A DNA stretch of 64,000 bases from Dendrobates tinctorius (Eukaryota). Below the pieces are notes generated by a model. It saw only the letters and a list, made by a program, of their open reading frames with translations. It made no database searches and was not told the origin of the DNA. The stretch's first letter is position 1. Each line of letters starts with the position of its first letter. The translations under genes were made by a program, and so were the position numbers. Positions 51,032 through 64,000 of this stretch are shown one piece after another. The DNA is taken from positions 14,322,001 to 14,386,000 of the forward strand of contig NW_027361765.1 in the NCBI RefSeq assembly GCF_039654945.1. The letters are read 5' to 3'.

Positions 51032-51451
51032 ATGAGGAAGTATGGTGGAAGAGGACGTGGACGTGGGGGGCCACCTGGTACTGATGGTGGTGGTGGTGCA
51101 TCTGCTGGTAGTGCCAAAAACACAATAGCAGGTTAGGCAGGAGGTGTTGAGCCTGCGTCATAGTTTAGCTCTGGAAGGCCTGTAAGGCTACATTTTCTGG
51201 GAGTAGATAGACTGCTTTTTAAGCCAGAGCATCAGGAACTGTTTTTGGCTTACATTGCTGATACAGCTTCTAGCTCTATCGCCTCCTCTTCTGAAGTTTA
51301 AAAAAATGCAAGCACTGAGTCGTAAGTGCAGGCTTCTGGTCAGGAGTAACCACTTTCCTTGTGTCCTTCACCCACACCAAAAGTGAAGGATGCGGCAGCC
51401 CACACTTCAGATTACTCCATGGAGCTCTTTTCACATACCATGCCTGGGTTA
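51032..51451 (+). pseudogene. Second, truncated copy of the transposase 5' end within hAT copy 2
   Basis: atgaggaagtatggtgga...ELFSHTMPGL, matching 42740-43160 and 15868-16262. Confidence 0.88.
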
Positions 51452-52326
51452 AATAAAAATGGGGCCCATCATATACTGGAACATTCCAAATGGGGCAGAT
51501 CAGACACTGGAGAAGCCTCTATGGGGCACATGATACACTGGAGCATTAGAAATGGGGCCCATTATATATGGAGCATTATTAGGGCCCATAAGACACTGGA
51601 GCATGATCCATGAGACAAATCATATACTGGAGCATTCCAAATGGGGGACATCAGACACTGGAGCAGCATTTACGGGGCCCTTTATACACTGGAGCATTAC
51701 AAATGGAGCCCATTATTATTATTATTGTTATTATTTATATAGCACCATTGATTCCATAGTGCTGTACATGAGAAGGACATTGAGGGACACTGAGCATTAT
51801 TAGGGCCAATCATACACTGGAGCATCATCCAAGAGGCTCATCATGTACTGGAGCATTCCAGATTGGGGACATCAGACACTGGAGCAGCATTTATGGCACC
51901 CATTATACACTGGAGCGTTAGAAGTGGAGCCCATTATATGTGGAGCATTATTTGGGCCCATAACACACTGGAGCATTGTCTATGAGGACCATCATATACT
52001 GCAGCATTATGTGGAGTTCATCATATACTGTATGGAACATTATATGTGGCCAATTATTCTGTATGGAGAAATATATGGGGCTCATGATTCTGCATGGCGC
52101 ACAATGTGGAGGCCATAATACTGTATGGAGTAATATATTGTCCTTTTTTTGAGCTATTGTACAATTTAAAATAGATCAGTCATGTCCTGTAAGCAGTGAA
52201 TTATTTGTCATTGTACTATACCTATATTTCTGTGCCGTATTGGAGCATCATGAGTTATGGTATGTGTTAAACGGGCGCACTGACACTCTTTGGGCCAGGG
52301 CGCCTGAAAACCTGGAGCCAGCCCTA
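51452..52326. repeat. ~40-bp minisatellite plus the right end of a different hAT MITE (also at ~22100-22528)
   Basis: Units ggggcccat.atacactggagcatt; ends aaaacctggagccagccct in both large copies. Confidence 0.7.
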
Positions 52327-52898
52327 CCCCCCCACAACTTTAGCCAAATAACCCCCTGTTTTCAATGCGTAACTATTATTATGAAGTAAATTAAGGTTGA
52401 CAAGCTTCAGTAATATGAATTGATGTTTTTGGCATTGAAATGGGCACTGTAGGTGTGTTTACTGTCCTCCACTCCCTGCTGACTTTGCTTCCCCATTGAC
52501 TTGCATTGGGTTTCATGTTTCAGTCGGCCTCCGACTTTTCCCTATAGTCGGCCGATTTCGTTCGACCTGAGTTTTGAGAAAGTCGGGTTTCATGAAACCC
52601 GACTCGACCCTAAAAAAGGCCAAGTCGCTCATCTCTAGTAATAACAAATTTTGAAAATAGATCAAATGTCAGTGTCGGTGCAAGAATATAGAAATGAAGA
52701 CTCTCAAATGTGTTGTACAAGTGTGAGCTTTCATGAAATGCCTCATATGCTATGTTAAGATGCATGGCCAATTCTATTAAGCAGACCTGGTGCTCCACAT
52801 GTATAAGGAACATGGAGCTGAAAATGGAATATCTTGGCATTGTGAATAGTGGGATATTGAAGCGAGCATTTTTGTACAGACATTAATATGGAGAATAG

Positions 52899-53523
52899 CA
52901 TATTTTTTAGGACTATAAGACTCACCGGACCATAAGACGCACCCCAAATTTTCAGAAGAAAAATAGGGAAAAAATTTAATGCGTCAAACAAGGGTCAGTC
53001 TTACAGTCTGAATTATTCAGCTTACTGGGGGGTAGGGTGCGATCGGGAGTTCTAGTGGAGCAGGGTCACAGGAGGTGTTCGGTGGTCTGGCGATGATCTG
53101 ACTTATCCCAGGCTGGTGCAGCAGGTTTGGTGGTGCAGGGACTCTGCCATTTGTGAAAGCCCCCATACATCCATCCTAGGCTGATGCATGGCAGTTTTGC
53201 AGATGCTAGGTGGTACGGGGGCTTTGCTGACATTTTGTGATATCCCAGAGCCCCCACACATCCATCCTAGGCTGTGCGTGTCACTTTTGGAAATGCTCGG
53301 TGGTGTGGGGGCTCCACCGACATTTTGTGACAGCCTGGAGCCCCAGCACTTCCGTTCCTGTAATGCTGTGGTCTCCAGGAAAATGGCCGACGGAGCCCCC
53401 ACACCACCGAGCATCTGCGAAACTGCCGCTCATCAGCCTGGGTTGAGACTCTTGGTAAGTGCATCCAGACTTTAAGACGCAACCCCATTTTCCTCCAAAA
53501 GTCATATAGTCCAAAAAATACAG
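52899..53523. mobile_element. pogo/Tigger-like non-autonomous element
   Basis: catattttttaggactataagac ... tatagtccaaaaaatacag; same family as 5532-6270. Confidence 0.65.
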
Positions 53524-53688
53524 TCGTTTATTATTGAAGGCTGGTCTAAACAATAGTTATATTAGTAGACAATGAAGAGATAAAGATAGGTGCATCAGTT
53601 TAATAGAACAATGATATGAGCTCAAAACTTTTAGCTAAATATATAAATGAAGATTGTAACTCTAGAAAAATATTTAGACTATGTAAAT

Positions 53689-54450
53689 TGTCACACCGCC
53701 TTGTGGGATGCAGGGCCTAGTACTTCGGAGGGTGGTTCAGTCATGGTGACTCCGATGGCTCTAACAATCCCTAGGTTAGGTGACAATTTTAAAAGGGGGA
53801 GTTGACAGATATATGAGACTGAGGGTTATGTTAATGCCAGCAAGGTATGAGGCCGCTGACGAAAGAAGCATACACCGAGGATCTCGTGCAAACTTGAAAG
53901 ATGAATTTTACTGAATACTTGTAACAATTCTTATGCTTTTCCATATAACAGTCATGGATAGCAGATACAATTTTCCTTACACATTGTGTTAGTCAAAGCC
54001 TTTTCTAGGTCCCGGCCTTGGGAGGATCGCAATAACTTTTCATTTGATTAACTGTGCTGCGTGAAGGGGGAGGATTAGCTGACCTTAATCGGATCGGTGT
54101 ATCCAGAAAATCAGCTGCGCAGCTCCTTCTCTTGTCTCAGCACTCTGTTGCTGCAAATTCGGGGCACTCCGAAATGGGTGCTATTTGTACTACCCGCTTG
54201 TCCTAGACGAGGAGCCTCAATTTCCTACCTCCTCTCACCACCAAAGCCGCACGTAACATGACCCTTTCAGTCTCACTCAAACCTCCAACTGCCACTTATC
54301 TTCAAATCAGAAAAACAAGTTGCAATACAAAACTAAGGCAGAAGGAGCCAGCATAGCACTACAAGTTGTAATACCAAAACAAGTCAGAAGAGGGCAGCAT
54401 AACATGAAATAATTTACCTCCTCCCAAGGCTGGACAGGAAACCAGTGTCA
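53689..54450. mobile_element. Probable solo LTR
   Basis: tgtcacac...gtgtca termini; flanks taaat/caaat. Confidence 0.55.
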
Positions 54451-54570
54451 CAAATGCAATTATATAAGGGATAGAGAACACACTTACCATATGACAAATA
54501 ACATACATTAGTAATGGTTTTTCTGGTCATTACAGAAACACTTGGATGTATAGCTTAAAAATAAATTTAA

Positions 54571-55233
54571 ACTCTTAGTGACCACCAATACATCTTTTTT
54601 TACTGACCTGAGATCTAAGAGAATAGTATCCTCTAGCGGGTGAAAATGCTGCAGGTATAGCTGACACCCGCATCAGCCACAATCAGTGTTGGCATCAAGC
54701 CTGCTCATTTAACCCCTTGACACTCCTTGAGACAGCCACCAGGCAAAACATATGTCCTATTCAATGGAACCACTGGGCACTTACAGTGGAACTTCCTTTA
54801 TTCTTCCCCTTTGGTGATGTTTAGTGCCTTCCTTATTATTTTGACCCATATTTATTTCTGGAATATTATGCCCTAATGCATATGTGTATGCACTTTTTCA
54901 CAGTAACGTCTGCCATGGACCATATTTATGGAAGTCCTAATGTTGTATAGCTACTATACCCACTATCAATACTCTTTGCAGTTCTTGTACAGGACCTGTT
55001 TTCCCCTCTGTGTGTTTTAACTATTTTCTATTTTTTTATATATTAATTGAATAAAAAATTATTTTTATTTATCCATTTCTTGTGTTTATTCACTTCTTTG
55101 AGTGGGTAAAAATACAGTATAATATGACACAAAAAACAATCTCAAAATTACTGGGATATGTTGAAACATTTCAGTTATTGTCACATAAAGTGACACGGTC
55201 AGATCTGAAAAATTCGACCAGGTCACTGAGAGG
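54571..55233. mobile_element. Non-autonomous piggyBac-type element
   Basis: TTAA-actcttagtgacc ... ggtcactgagagg-TTAA. Confidence 0.6.
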
Positions 55234-55862
55234 TTAAATGCAGTTAATTTTACTTTTTATCCTAATATGCATCATTTATTATAAGATATTTTAATGTAGA
55301 TGCATATTCAGAATTCTGCTAAGTTATTTTAAAGAGGACTTGTTACAAGATCAAATGTGACTATTTTTGCTCCTGTTTATACCTGCTGCTCCCCTGAGTA
55401 TTTCAGGTTTTTTTTGTGTGTGTTTTTTAAATCCAAAAAAGGGTTATAGATATATGGCCCTTTTTATCTAATTCAAATTTCATGGTTTTTCCAAGGAAGT
55501 ATTGCTCACAAGTTGATAATGCAGAGGTGCCTATAGATAAGCTTCCAGGTAATCAGATCTAAATAACAAGAGCCTTATCTCTGGAACTGTATTACATATT
55601 TAAAGAAAACAAAAAATGGATTGCGCAAGAATCAGATATTAAAACGAGCAAAAAAAAAACCACTTTTGAAAGGATGATAAATCTAGTTTAAATCCCAGAA
55701 AATCATCAATTTCTGAGATACACAACCCAAACTGCGTGACATGAACATTCATTTCATAGTCTTCATCGCCTTCTAATTATTGCATACCTTTATGAAATGA
55801 GTTGCTATCACATGATTGCAAAATTGGAAGAATTTATTGTCAGAAAACCATCTATCATTTAA

Positions 55863-57045
55863 CTCCTTTATGACCTTTGAAGTAAAGGTACGTCAAACAT
55901 CGTGGCCGTGCCTTTGAATGCGTGCTCCAACGTTGAGCCTGCATCTTTTCTGGTATGTGACAACTGATCTAATCAGCTGTCATGTACCTCTAACAGCCAC
56001 GGGTGGATCTGAGATCCACCCTTGGCTGCTAACCTGTTAAATGCTGCAGTGAATCACTGACAGTAGCATTTAACACACGCCTGGCGGAAGTGCGTCACAA
56101 GCCAAGCTCATCGGCTCCCCCATGCACATGATCAAAGGGGACGGATGGGTTGTCATGACAGCAAACTCCCGTGTTTATCATTGTGAATATCCCATGAATG
56201 CCAGTTTGTGGCCGGCACTCATAGGAGATCATGATTTTTGCTACACATAGTAGAGCTAAAGCCCTGCTTATGAATAGCACAGGCAATAGGTTAATCAAAG
56301 CTTCTAAGGGGACTACTGAAGCCAGTAAAAAAAAGTTTTAAAAAAATATAAAAAAAACTCACAAAACTTCAAATCACTACCCTTTTGGCCCACTGAAAAT
56401 AAAACCATTAAAAAATATTCACTTATTTGGTATCACTGCATTCAGAAATGTCTGATTTATCAAAATCTAAAGTAATTTAATTAGAAAAAATCTAGCAGCG
56501 AACATTTTTTTGGGCAGCCGCAACATTACAATAAAATGCAATAAAATGCAATAACGAGCGATCAAAACATCTTATATCCCCCATAATACTATCAATAGAA
56601 ACTTCAGCTCGTGGTACAAAAAATAAGCCATTACCCAGCCCGAGATCATGAAAAATGAATATGCTATTGTCAGAAGATGGCGGCATAAGCAAATTTTGGT
56701 TTTTTCTTATAAATTTTGGGATTTTTTTTGACTACTGAAATAAAAATGAACCTATTCATGTTTGGTATCAGCGTATTTGTATTGACTTGGGTAATCATAT
56801 TGCCTGGTCAGTTTTAGTATTTGGTAAACATGATAAATAAAAAACCCAAAGAACAATTAGTGTACTGTTTTTCAGTACACTCTATGGTAAACTCAATGGC
56901 ATCATTCAAAAGTACAACTCATCTCGCAAATCAAGCTCTCATATGGCAAAATTGACAGAAAAATAAAAAAAAAGTTATGGCTATGGGAAGAAGGGGAGCA
57001 AAAAAATGAAAGCGCAAAATGGAAAATTGTAAGGTCACAAAAGGG
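55863..57045. mobile_element. Non-autonomous piggyBac-type element
   Basis: TTAA-ctcctttatgacc ... ggtcacaaaaggg-TTAA; interior resembles 34476-35720. Confidence 0.7.
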
Positions 57046-57355
57046 TTAAATTAGATGTTATATGGAACATATTTCTGTATAAAAAGTTCATGCCATTATT
57101 TATATTAAAAAAGGCTACAACCTTGTAGTTTTCACTTTGACTGCTCCGCCTCAAGCACACCAATACTCTGTTTTGTAAATATCACTTCTCAGCACTTTTC
57201 TCCCAAAAATGTGGAGATCTCCCATTCTGCAGGAGTACTTGGCAAATCACTTAGGTTAACGTTCCAGGTTTCTTTTGGTTGCATTACCAAATTAATGGTA
57301 AGGTCACATTTGTACTTCAGATTTTGCTTTTTCATTTATGCGTATAGGTTACAGC

Positions 57356-57862
57356 CAGGGCCGGCCCGAGAGATTACGGCGCCCTAGGCGAAACTATTTT
57401 GTTGCGCCCCTACTATTCTTGGCAGTAGATGAAAACTTGAGATATAAATTTAGGAGCAAAATAAACCACAACAAGACTGATTAATTAACTCTCTCCTAAC
57501 TCTTTAATCTTCTGAGAAGTTGTATAGGACAAATATATACAAAGTAATCAATAACACAAAACAAAAACGACCATAGGTAATTAAAATTTTTGTTTCCTTG
57601 CCTTTTTTTGAAAAGGATGACGCTAAGTCACCGAGATTAATTTGTTTAGCAACTTCAGATTCTATCTAAATTGTTGCCAACCCAACCAACCTCTCTTGCG
57701 TCATATTTGCCCTTAAATATGTACACTTTTCTTTCCATCCCTAAAACTTTTTGCCTTTTGAAAAGATTTTTTATAATTTTTTTCTATTTTTTCTCTGGTG
57801 CCCCCTTTGGGTCGGCGCCCTACGCGGCCGCCTAGTTCGCCTATACGTTCGGGCCGGCCCTG
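57356..57862 (-). mobile_element. Internally deleted hAT-Tip100-like element
   Basis: TIRs cagggccggcccga / tcgggccggccctg; perfect TSD gttacagc (57348-57355, 57863-57870); minus-strand remnant TYLRANMTQERLVGLATI*IESEVAKQINLGDL. Confidence 0.88.
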
Positions 57863-60800
57863 GTTACAGCTTTTTGTAGAGTTCTACTTCCAAATGCTAT
57901 ATATTCAAATAAAAATGTACAAGATTAGTAAACAGCTACATTCAGTACACTGAATCATTTTGTATTTTTCTGTTTCTCATGAGACCAGTAGTAGAGATTA
58001 TTTGCAAAAACATCTTTTATTGGTCAAACAGTGACATGTACTATAAAACTAAGATCTACAGTGAAGAGAATCTTCAGAGAAGAGAAGATGTGATTATATT
58101 GGTATAGAATTATAGAAGAGAAAACATTATCTTTAGAATATAAATGCAGCCTTTATGACATGATAATTTGCATTCAATATGTTTTACAACGTTTGCATGA
58201 CATTTCAAATAAATGAGGCATTTATGCTTCCATAATGAACTTTCAATATAACCAAATACTAAATTATCTAAAACATGTTACAGTATGTACTGAATAAAGC
58301 ATATATTAGCGATGAGCAAATTTGTTCGAGGCTAATTGAATTTTTCTGCATTGAGTGATATGGCAGCGGTCATTTTAGGTGATTCATGAGAAGTAAATTG
58401 CAAATCCTTCAAATTTGTTGGGTTCAGTGTATGGAAGAGCATATCATGCAAAATCTGAATTCGCCTGTTCACATGTTTCATCCCAGGAAATTTGATTATA
58501 TCTCCTCCACAAATGTAATGTCCTTTATTGTGTTTTACATTCTGTACCAATTCGAGAGCATAATAGCCATAATACATAAAAAATATAAATATTTATACTC
58601 ATTGCTCACCTCTCCGAACCCCATGTAACTCAAAGCCATTTATCTGGTCTTCAACTGCCTCTTTGAATCGCGGTGTTGGCGACGCTGAAATCCTTGGGTT
58701 TGCTAGACTCAAAAGGGTTCTGCACAAATGCCTGCAAAGATTGCTATCATGGGCCACAACCTTTGTGGACACATGCGCAGGACCCTCCTAGCAAACCTGG
58801 AGGGATTTCAGTGCCGCCAAAGCAAGATGCGACAAGTACCGAACAGGTGGCGGTGAGTAACGGAGCATTGCATTACAAAAAAATCCTTATTTTGACGAAT
58901 GCAGATTTCTGTAAAATTAGAGTAGAATTCAGTTCCACTCTAATATAGTCGCTCAACTCTAGTTCCATGAATTCTTACAAATTTGACACAAATTCGATTT
59001 GAATTAAGTTCATTTACTCACCTCTTAGTGGTGTATTCTACTTTGATATTAAAAGCTTTGGGCACCAAAGGTTGCTCAAAATATCAAATATCTGCCTCTA
59101 ATTTGTGTGCTACAAGTTAATAATAATTGTTCACTCTATGGTACCATTATTTCGTCACCATGTAATATAGTTTGAGGCAATACAGCATCCGCAAAAATAG
59201 GTAAGATAAAACTTCATTTATTGAAAAAAGATTAAAACAAAAGTATATATAAAATCATGATTGCACGAGAAGACATTGGGTCTACACAGCAAAGCTCTTA
59301 GTTTTGACAATGTGTTTTATAGAAAACAGATTATTTAAAGAAAATGCAGTACTCCAGAAGGAGGATAGTGGCTTATCACAATCTTTGGAAGTAAGTCTAT
59401 GTCTGATATTCCTTTCATCATTATATGCACTATCATTGGAACAGAGTCTACGGGCTCTGATACAGGAAGATTTTTTTTAAGCCATGGGTTGAGTGGAAAC
59501 TGGCGACATGTAATAGCAAATTACCACTAGTTGGTTTGCAGTATAGTTTTGTATTGATTATATTATTTGTGGGATTGCCTGATACCCAAACATCCAAGAT
59601 GTTTTATTCATAACATTAATGTTAAAAAATATGAAAAATCAGAGGAAGAAAAGGAATTATGTTGCCAGATAAAAAGCAAGTCATCTATGTATCTTCCATA
59701 CCACTTGATGTTATTGTGAAAAGGTTTTGTGGTCACCTATTGAATTTATATTCAATATTGTAATCACCTATTGTAATCACCTATTGAATTTCAATTCAAT
59801 TGAGTAGGGATGACTATGGAAGTTTGGGTTCTGTTGCCCGATCCAAACTTTATTCCAAAGTTCGAATTGGGTACCAAAGCTGTATCCAAACTTTAACCAG
59901 AACCCGAACCCCATTGATAGCAATGGGGACCCAAACTTTTGATCTGGAAAATATTCTTTGTCTCTCTCTCCTCTGGTCTTCCCTCCCCCAGGACTCCAAA
60001 CATTGCAACAGATTTCTAGGAGAAGTCAGTGTTCGTTTTTTAGCACCGGACACTAACTGTACAGTACAAATGCAAAACTTTTAATTTTGGGTTCTCTCAT
60101 CTCTAGACATGAGAGCTGCAGGAATGCTGTCACATCACTGATAACACATTAATAATAAGGTGACCATTTAAGTCTGTTCAAAACTCAATTACCCAGGATC
60201 GGCTAGAGCTTTCCGCACACCAACCTATGATGGAATTCCTCCTGCATCGCTAAGATGATGCTTATGCTTTATGGCAGCATTATGTCATGAAGGGATTTGT
60301 TAGAAATAGAAAGTATGTGTAGAAATGTGTTCAGTGCTACTATAGTTTGGAATTGTGTCTACATAGGCAAAAATATAAAAAGCAAGACTTCACATTCTGA
60401 CTATTGAAACACATTTCCATGGGTTCAGGATTTCCATAGAAAAAAGCGCATTATATAAGTCATATCGGGTTTAAAGTATGTGTGCTGTTGGTCAGTTTAA
60501 GATGTCTGTATTTCTTGTTGTTCTTGCTCTTGGACTTTCATTATAGACCATGAATTCCTGCCATTTTTTTTGTAACTGATGTCATAACTAGAGTTTAGGG
60601 ACTATCTTTGTTTCCCCGCTTATTCTGCAAGCTATAGCGCTTGCCAAATAAGCTTCCTGGATCGTGCCGACTGAACAGCTGATCACCGCCACAGCTGTGT
60701 GTGTCATGGCTGTGTCACTGTCACAGCACATGCATTAAAGGGAATATGTCACCAGGATTTTTATTACCCCATCTAAGTTGCTTGCTGCAGTTTAGAAAAA

Positions 60801-61019
60801 ATCACTGTTTTATCTGCTGCAGATCAACCAGTTCTCTGAATGCTGAGCTCTGTATAAATCCGCCCACAGAACTGATTGGCAGATTTCTACATACACTGTG
60901 TATAGGCAGAAAGCTGCTAATCTGTGATGGTAGCTAGCTTATACAGAGCTCATGAATTTGAGGGACTAGTGGGCAACAGGTTTACTATTAGGGATAGGCA
61001 ACCCCAAACAGTAACGTCC

Positions 61020-62521
61020 ACATCTACTGTTCGGAAACGGATAACGAACACAGACTTCATCAGGAAGTCTTGTTACTGTTCGGGCTTGGCCCCCAACTGT
61101 CGCATGTTTCTCACACTGTCATGTACATGACAGTGTGGAAAACACTGCCTCTGATTGGCAGTAAAATCATTACCGCCAGTCAGACAGCTGCGGCTGTTAA
61201 TGCATTGTCAAATGACAGGGTGAGCCCGAAGCTGTGTTCGTAGGCTCCCATCAGTCTACGCCTACTACCGTTAATAACAGCTAGAGCAGCTGGTGGTTGA
61301 TGGGAATATTACTCAGCCGGCACCTGCGCTTTAAATATTGATTGCATATTGATATTGTATTTTTGATAACCAGCCATTCAAAACTGACAACTGTAGGCTG
61401 CAACCCCCAGCTGTCAGCTTTAGCAAGGTTGTTTATCAAGAATAGAGGGGTCCCCACACTTTTTTTGTTATTTAAATAAATAAGTAATAAAATAGTGTGG
61501 TATACCCACTATATTTGGGACAGAATGACGGACATGTGAGGGATATGGTAGTTTTTTATTTTTGTTTTATTACAGGAGATGAGGGCTTCAAAGGAATAGG
61601 CATTAGGTGAGTATAACTGTTTTTTTAAATAACAAAGGAAAACTGTTTATTTCAAATAAAAGACTTTATACTTGTATGTTTATTTACACTATAACTATAG
61701 GATTAGTAATGGATAGGTGTCATCTAGACACTTCTCCATTACTAATCCATATGGTTGAAGTAACCGGACAATACAAAGGTGACATCAACCCCAAACATAT
61801 AAACCACACTTTCCACCGCCACAGGGCAAGTGGGAAGAGCCAGGCAAAGCACCAGAATTGGTGCATATAATAGATGCGCCTTTTCTGAGAGGCTCTGAGC
61901 TGCTATTTTTAGGCTGCGGGGACCAATATCCATTGCCCCTTACCAGCCTAAGAATACCAGCCCCCAGTTGTCTGCTTTAGCTTCACTGGTTGTCAAAAAT
62001 TGGGAGATCACACGCTGTTTTTTAACTTATTTATTTAAATAATTAAAAAAACAGCATGGGGACCCCTCTATTCTTGATAATCAACCTTGCTAAAGCTGAG
62101 AGCTGAGGGTTGCAGCCCACAGCTGTCAGTTTTGCCTGGCTGGTTATCAAAAATACAATATCAATATGCATTCAATATTTAGAGTGCTGGAAACAAACAA
62201 GTAATAATCCCATCAGCAGCCATCTGCTCTAGCTTTTATTAGCGGTAGCAGGTGCAGACTGATGGGAGTAGTAGTCCCATCAGCCAAAGTCAATGACCGG
62301 AGGTAAACTTTCACTTCTGATCACAGCTGCAGGCTCACACTGTCATTTGACAGCGTGGGAACCGCGGCTAACTGACTGGCAGTAATGATTTTACCGCCGA
62401 TCAGAGGCAGTGTTTGCTGCACTGTCATCCACATGACAGGTTGGAAAACACTGGTTGTTCAGCCCCCGTTCAAGTGAATGGGATCCAGGTATGAGCCTGG
62501 GTACTATACTAGTACCCAAAC
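61020..62521. mobile_element. Fold-back MITE with long internal inverted repeats
   Basis: ~61120-61470 pairs with ~62030-62450; central part resembles 27300-27630. Confidence 0.65.
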
Positions 62522-62522
62522 T

Positions 62523-63490
62523 CAGGGCCGGCATCAGCACCCGGCGCACCCGGGCAAGTGCCGAGGCCCTGATGACACAGGAGGGCCCACTCAGCTGTCT
62601 GGGATATCTGCCGGCCGCTGCCACACCCCCCATGTACTGACCCCATCCTGCGCCCTCCGCGAGGGACCCACGCAGCCTTACAGCCAGCAATGATCATCGC
62701 TTCCTTTGGCTGTAATCTTGTGTGCTGTGCCGGCACAGGACCTGTGATGAGGTCACAGGAGGGGAGGAGTCAGGGGTCACATGATCAGGGTGGCTGCAGG
62801 ATCTGCTGTGCTGGTTGCTCGTCATTATGGTGCTGGTCTAGATGATGAGGTAAAGTTTGTGTTTGGGACAGTGAGGTCAGGAGGGGTTTACTAGGTGGAT
62901 GTAGCAGAGCCGTGTGTGTACTTGTGTGGGGTCAGGAGGGCTTTACAAGGTGGATGTAGCAGTGCCATGTGTGTACTTGTGTGGGGTCAGGAGGGGTTTA
63001 CAAGGTGGATGTAGCAGAGCCGTGTGTGTACTTATGTGTGGGGTCAGGAGGGGTTTACAAGGTGGATGTAGCAGAGCCGTGTGTGTACTTGTGTGGGGTC
63101 AGGAGGGGTTTACAAGGTGAATGTAGCAGAGCCGTGTGTGTACGAGGTGTACGGAGCGGAGCCGTGTGTGTACGAGGTGTGAGGAGCGGAGCCGTGTGTG
63201 TACGAGGTGTGCGGAGCGGAGCCGTATGTGTATGAGGTGTTCGGAGTGGAGCCATGTGTGTATGAGGTGTGTGGAGCCGCATGTGTACGTGGTGTACGGA
63301 GTGGAGCCGTGTGTGTATGAGGTGTATGGAACAGAGCCCTGTGTGTACGAAGCTGAGCCGTGTGTTTATGGAGCGGAGCAGAGCCGGGGGTGTACGGAGT
63401 GAAGCCGCATGTGTACAAGGTGTACGGAGCGGAGCCATGTGTGTACGAGGCATACAAAGCGGAGCCGTGCGTGTACAAGGTGCATGGTGG
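62523..63490. mobile_element. hAT-type element start (cagggccggc) carrying ~54-bp and ~30-bp minisatellites (62870-63490)
   Basis: TIR-like start; units ggtcaggaggggtttacaaggtggatgtagcagagccgtgtgtgtacttgtgtgg and ggagcggagccgtgtgtgtacgaggtgt; right end not seen. Confidence 0.6.
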
Positions 63491-63811
63491 GGAGCATTTA
63501 TACCTCCCAAGGAGTACATGGCAGAGCCCCAAGGAGCAATTTAAAACTCGCACGTAACGTTCTACCGGAAGTGACATGCTGGAAGCTGACCATAAATGAG
63601 GTAATTTCGGGAGGAGATTGTGACGGAACCATGGAGGCACTTCAGGGAATGCTTCAGATCCATCACCGTGTCCTCCTCTGACAGAGCGGACAGCGGGATC
63701 TCACCTTGGAATCGGGGATGTTGGCCATGTGAGCGGATCATGATATGTCCTGCACCAGGAGGCTCAGGTGTGCACTACAATGGGAGCTGGGCTGCTATGG
63801 TATCTTTATAG

Positions 63812-64000
63812 AATTTTTCTTTCTCTGTTTCTTTCTCTCTCTCTGTTCTTTCTCGCTAATCTTTTTTTTCTGTCTCTGTTCTTTCTTTCCCTCTCTGTTC
63901 TCTTTCTTTCCCCTCTTTCTGTCTCTGTTCTTTCTCTCTCTCTCTCTGTCCTCTTTCCTCTTTCTTTCTCTCTGTTCTTTCTTTCTCCTTTCTTTCTTTC
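63812..64000. repeat. CT-rich polypyrimidine low-complexity tract
   Basis: Direct reading. Confidence 0.9.

Larger units (their letters stand above)
39949..52637 (+). mobile_element. Large hAT transposon, copy 2 (12.7 kb including nested insertions)
   Basis: TIRs tagagttgagca / cgctcatctcta; TSD gtaatacc (39941-39948) / gtaataac (52638-52645); collinear with copy 1. Confidence 0.95.

Noticed and set aside
62914-63681. Cys/Val-rich repetitive ORFs
   Set aside because: Translations of 54-bp and 30-bp minisatellites.

Overview
Repeat-dense eukaryotic DNA, most likely intronic or intergenic sequence from an anuran (frog) genome. This is inferred from Xenopus-type T2/Kolobok MITEs, piggyBac, Tc1 and L2 families; no long host CDS is recognisable. 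The window is dominated by two large members of one BED-finger hAT family (13198-22825 and 39949-52637), each with TAGAG(A/T)TGAGC TIRs and an 8-bp TSD. Copy 1 has a nearly intact ~1173-codon transposase, broken only by one nonsense codon and a solo LTR. Both copies carry internal tandem arrays, a conserved hairpin after the stop codon, and a mosaic cargo region between the transposase and the right TIR. Copy 1 cargo is a ~475-bp diverged antisense 18S rRNA fragment. Copy 2 cargo is a ~590-bp antisense Ty3/Gypsy integrase fragment, of which a short stub survives in copy 1. Both also hold re-duplicated transposase pieces and the end of another hAT MITE. Other content: Tc1 elements, an L2 LINE, a Gmr1-like Gypsy fragment, solo LTRs, piggyBac/Kolobok/Harbinger/hAT MITEs, minisatellites, several Penelope-type hammerhead-ribozyme motifs, and one or two candidate host exons on the minus strand. 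All alignments were done by eye, so internal boundaries are approximate.
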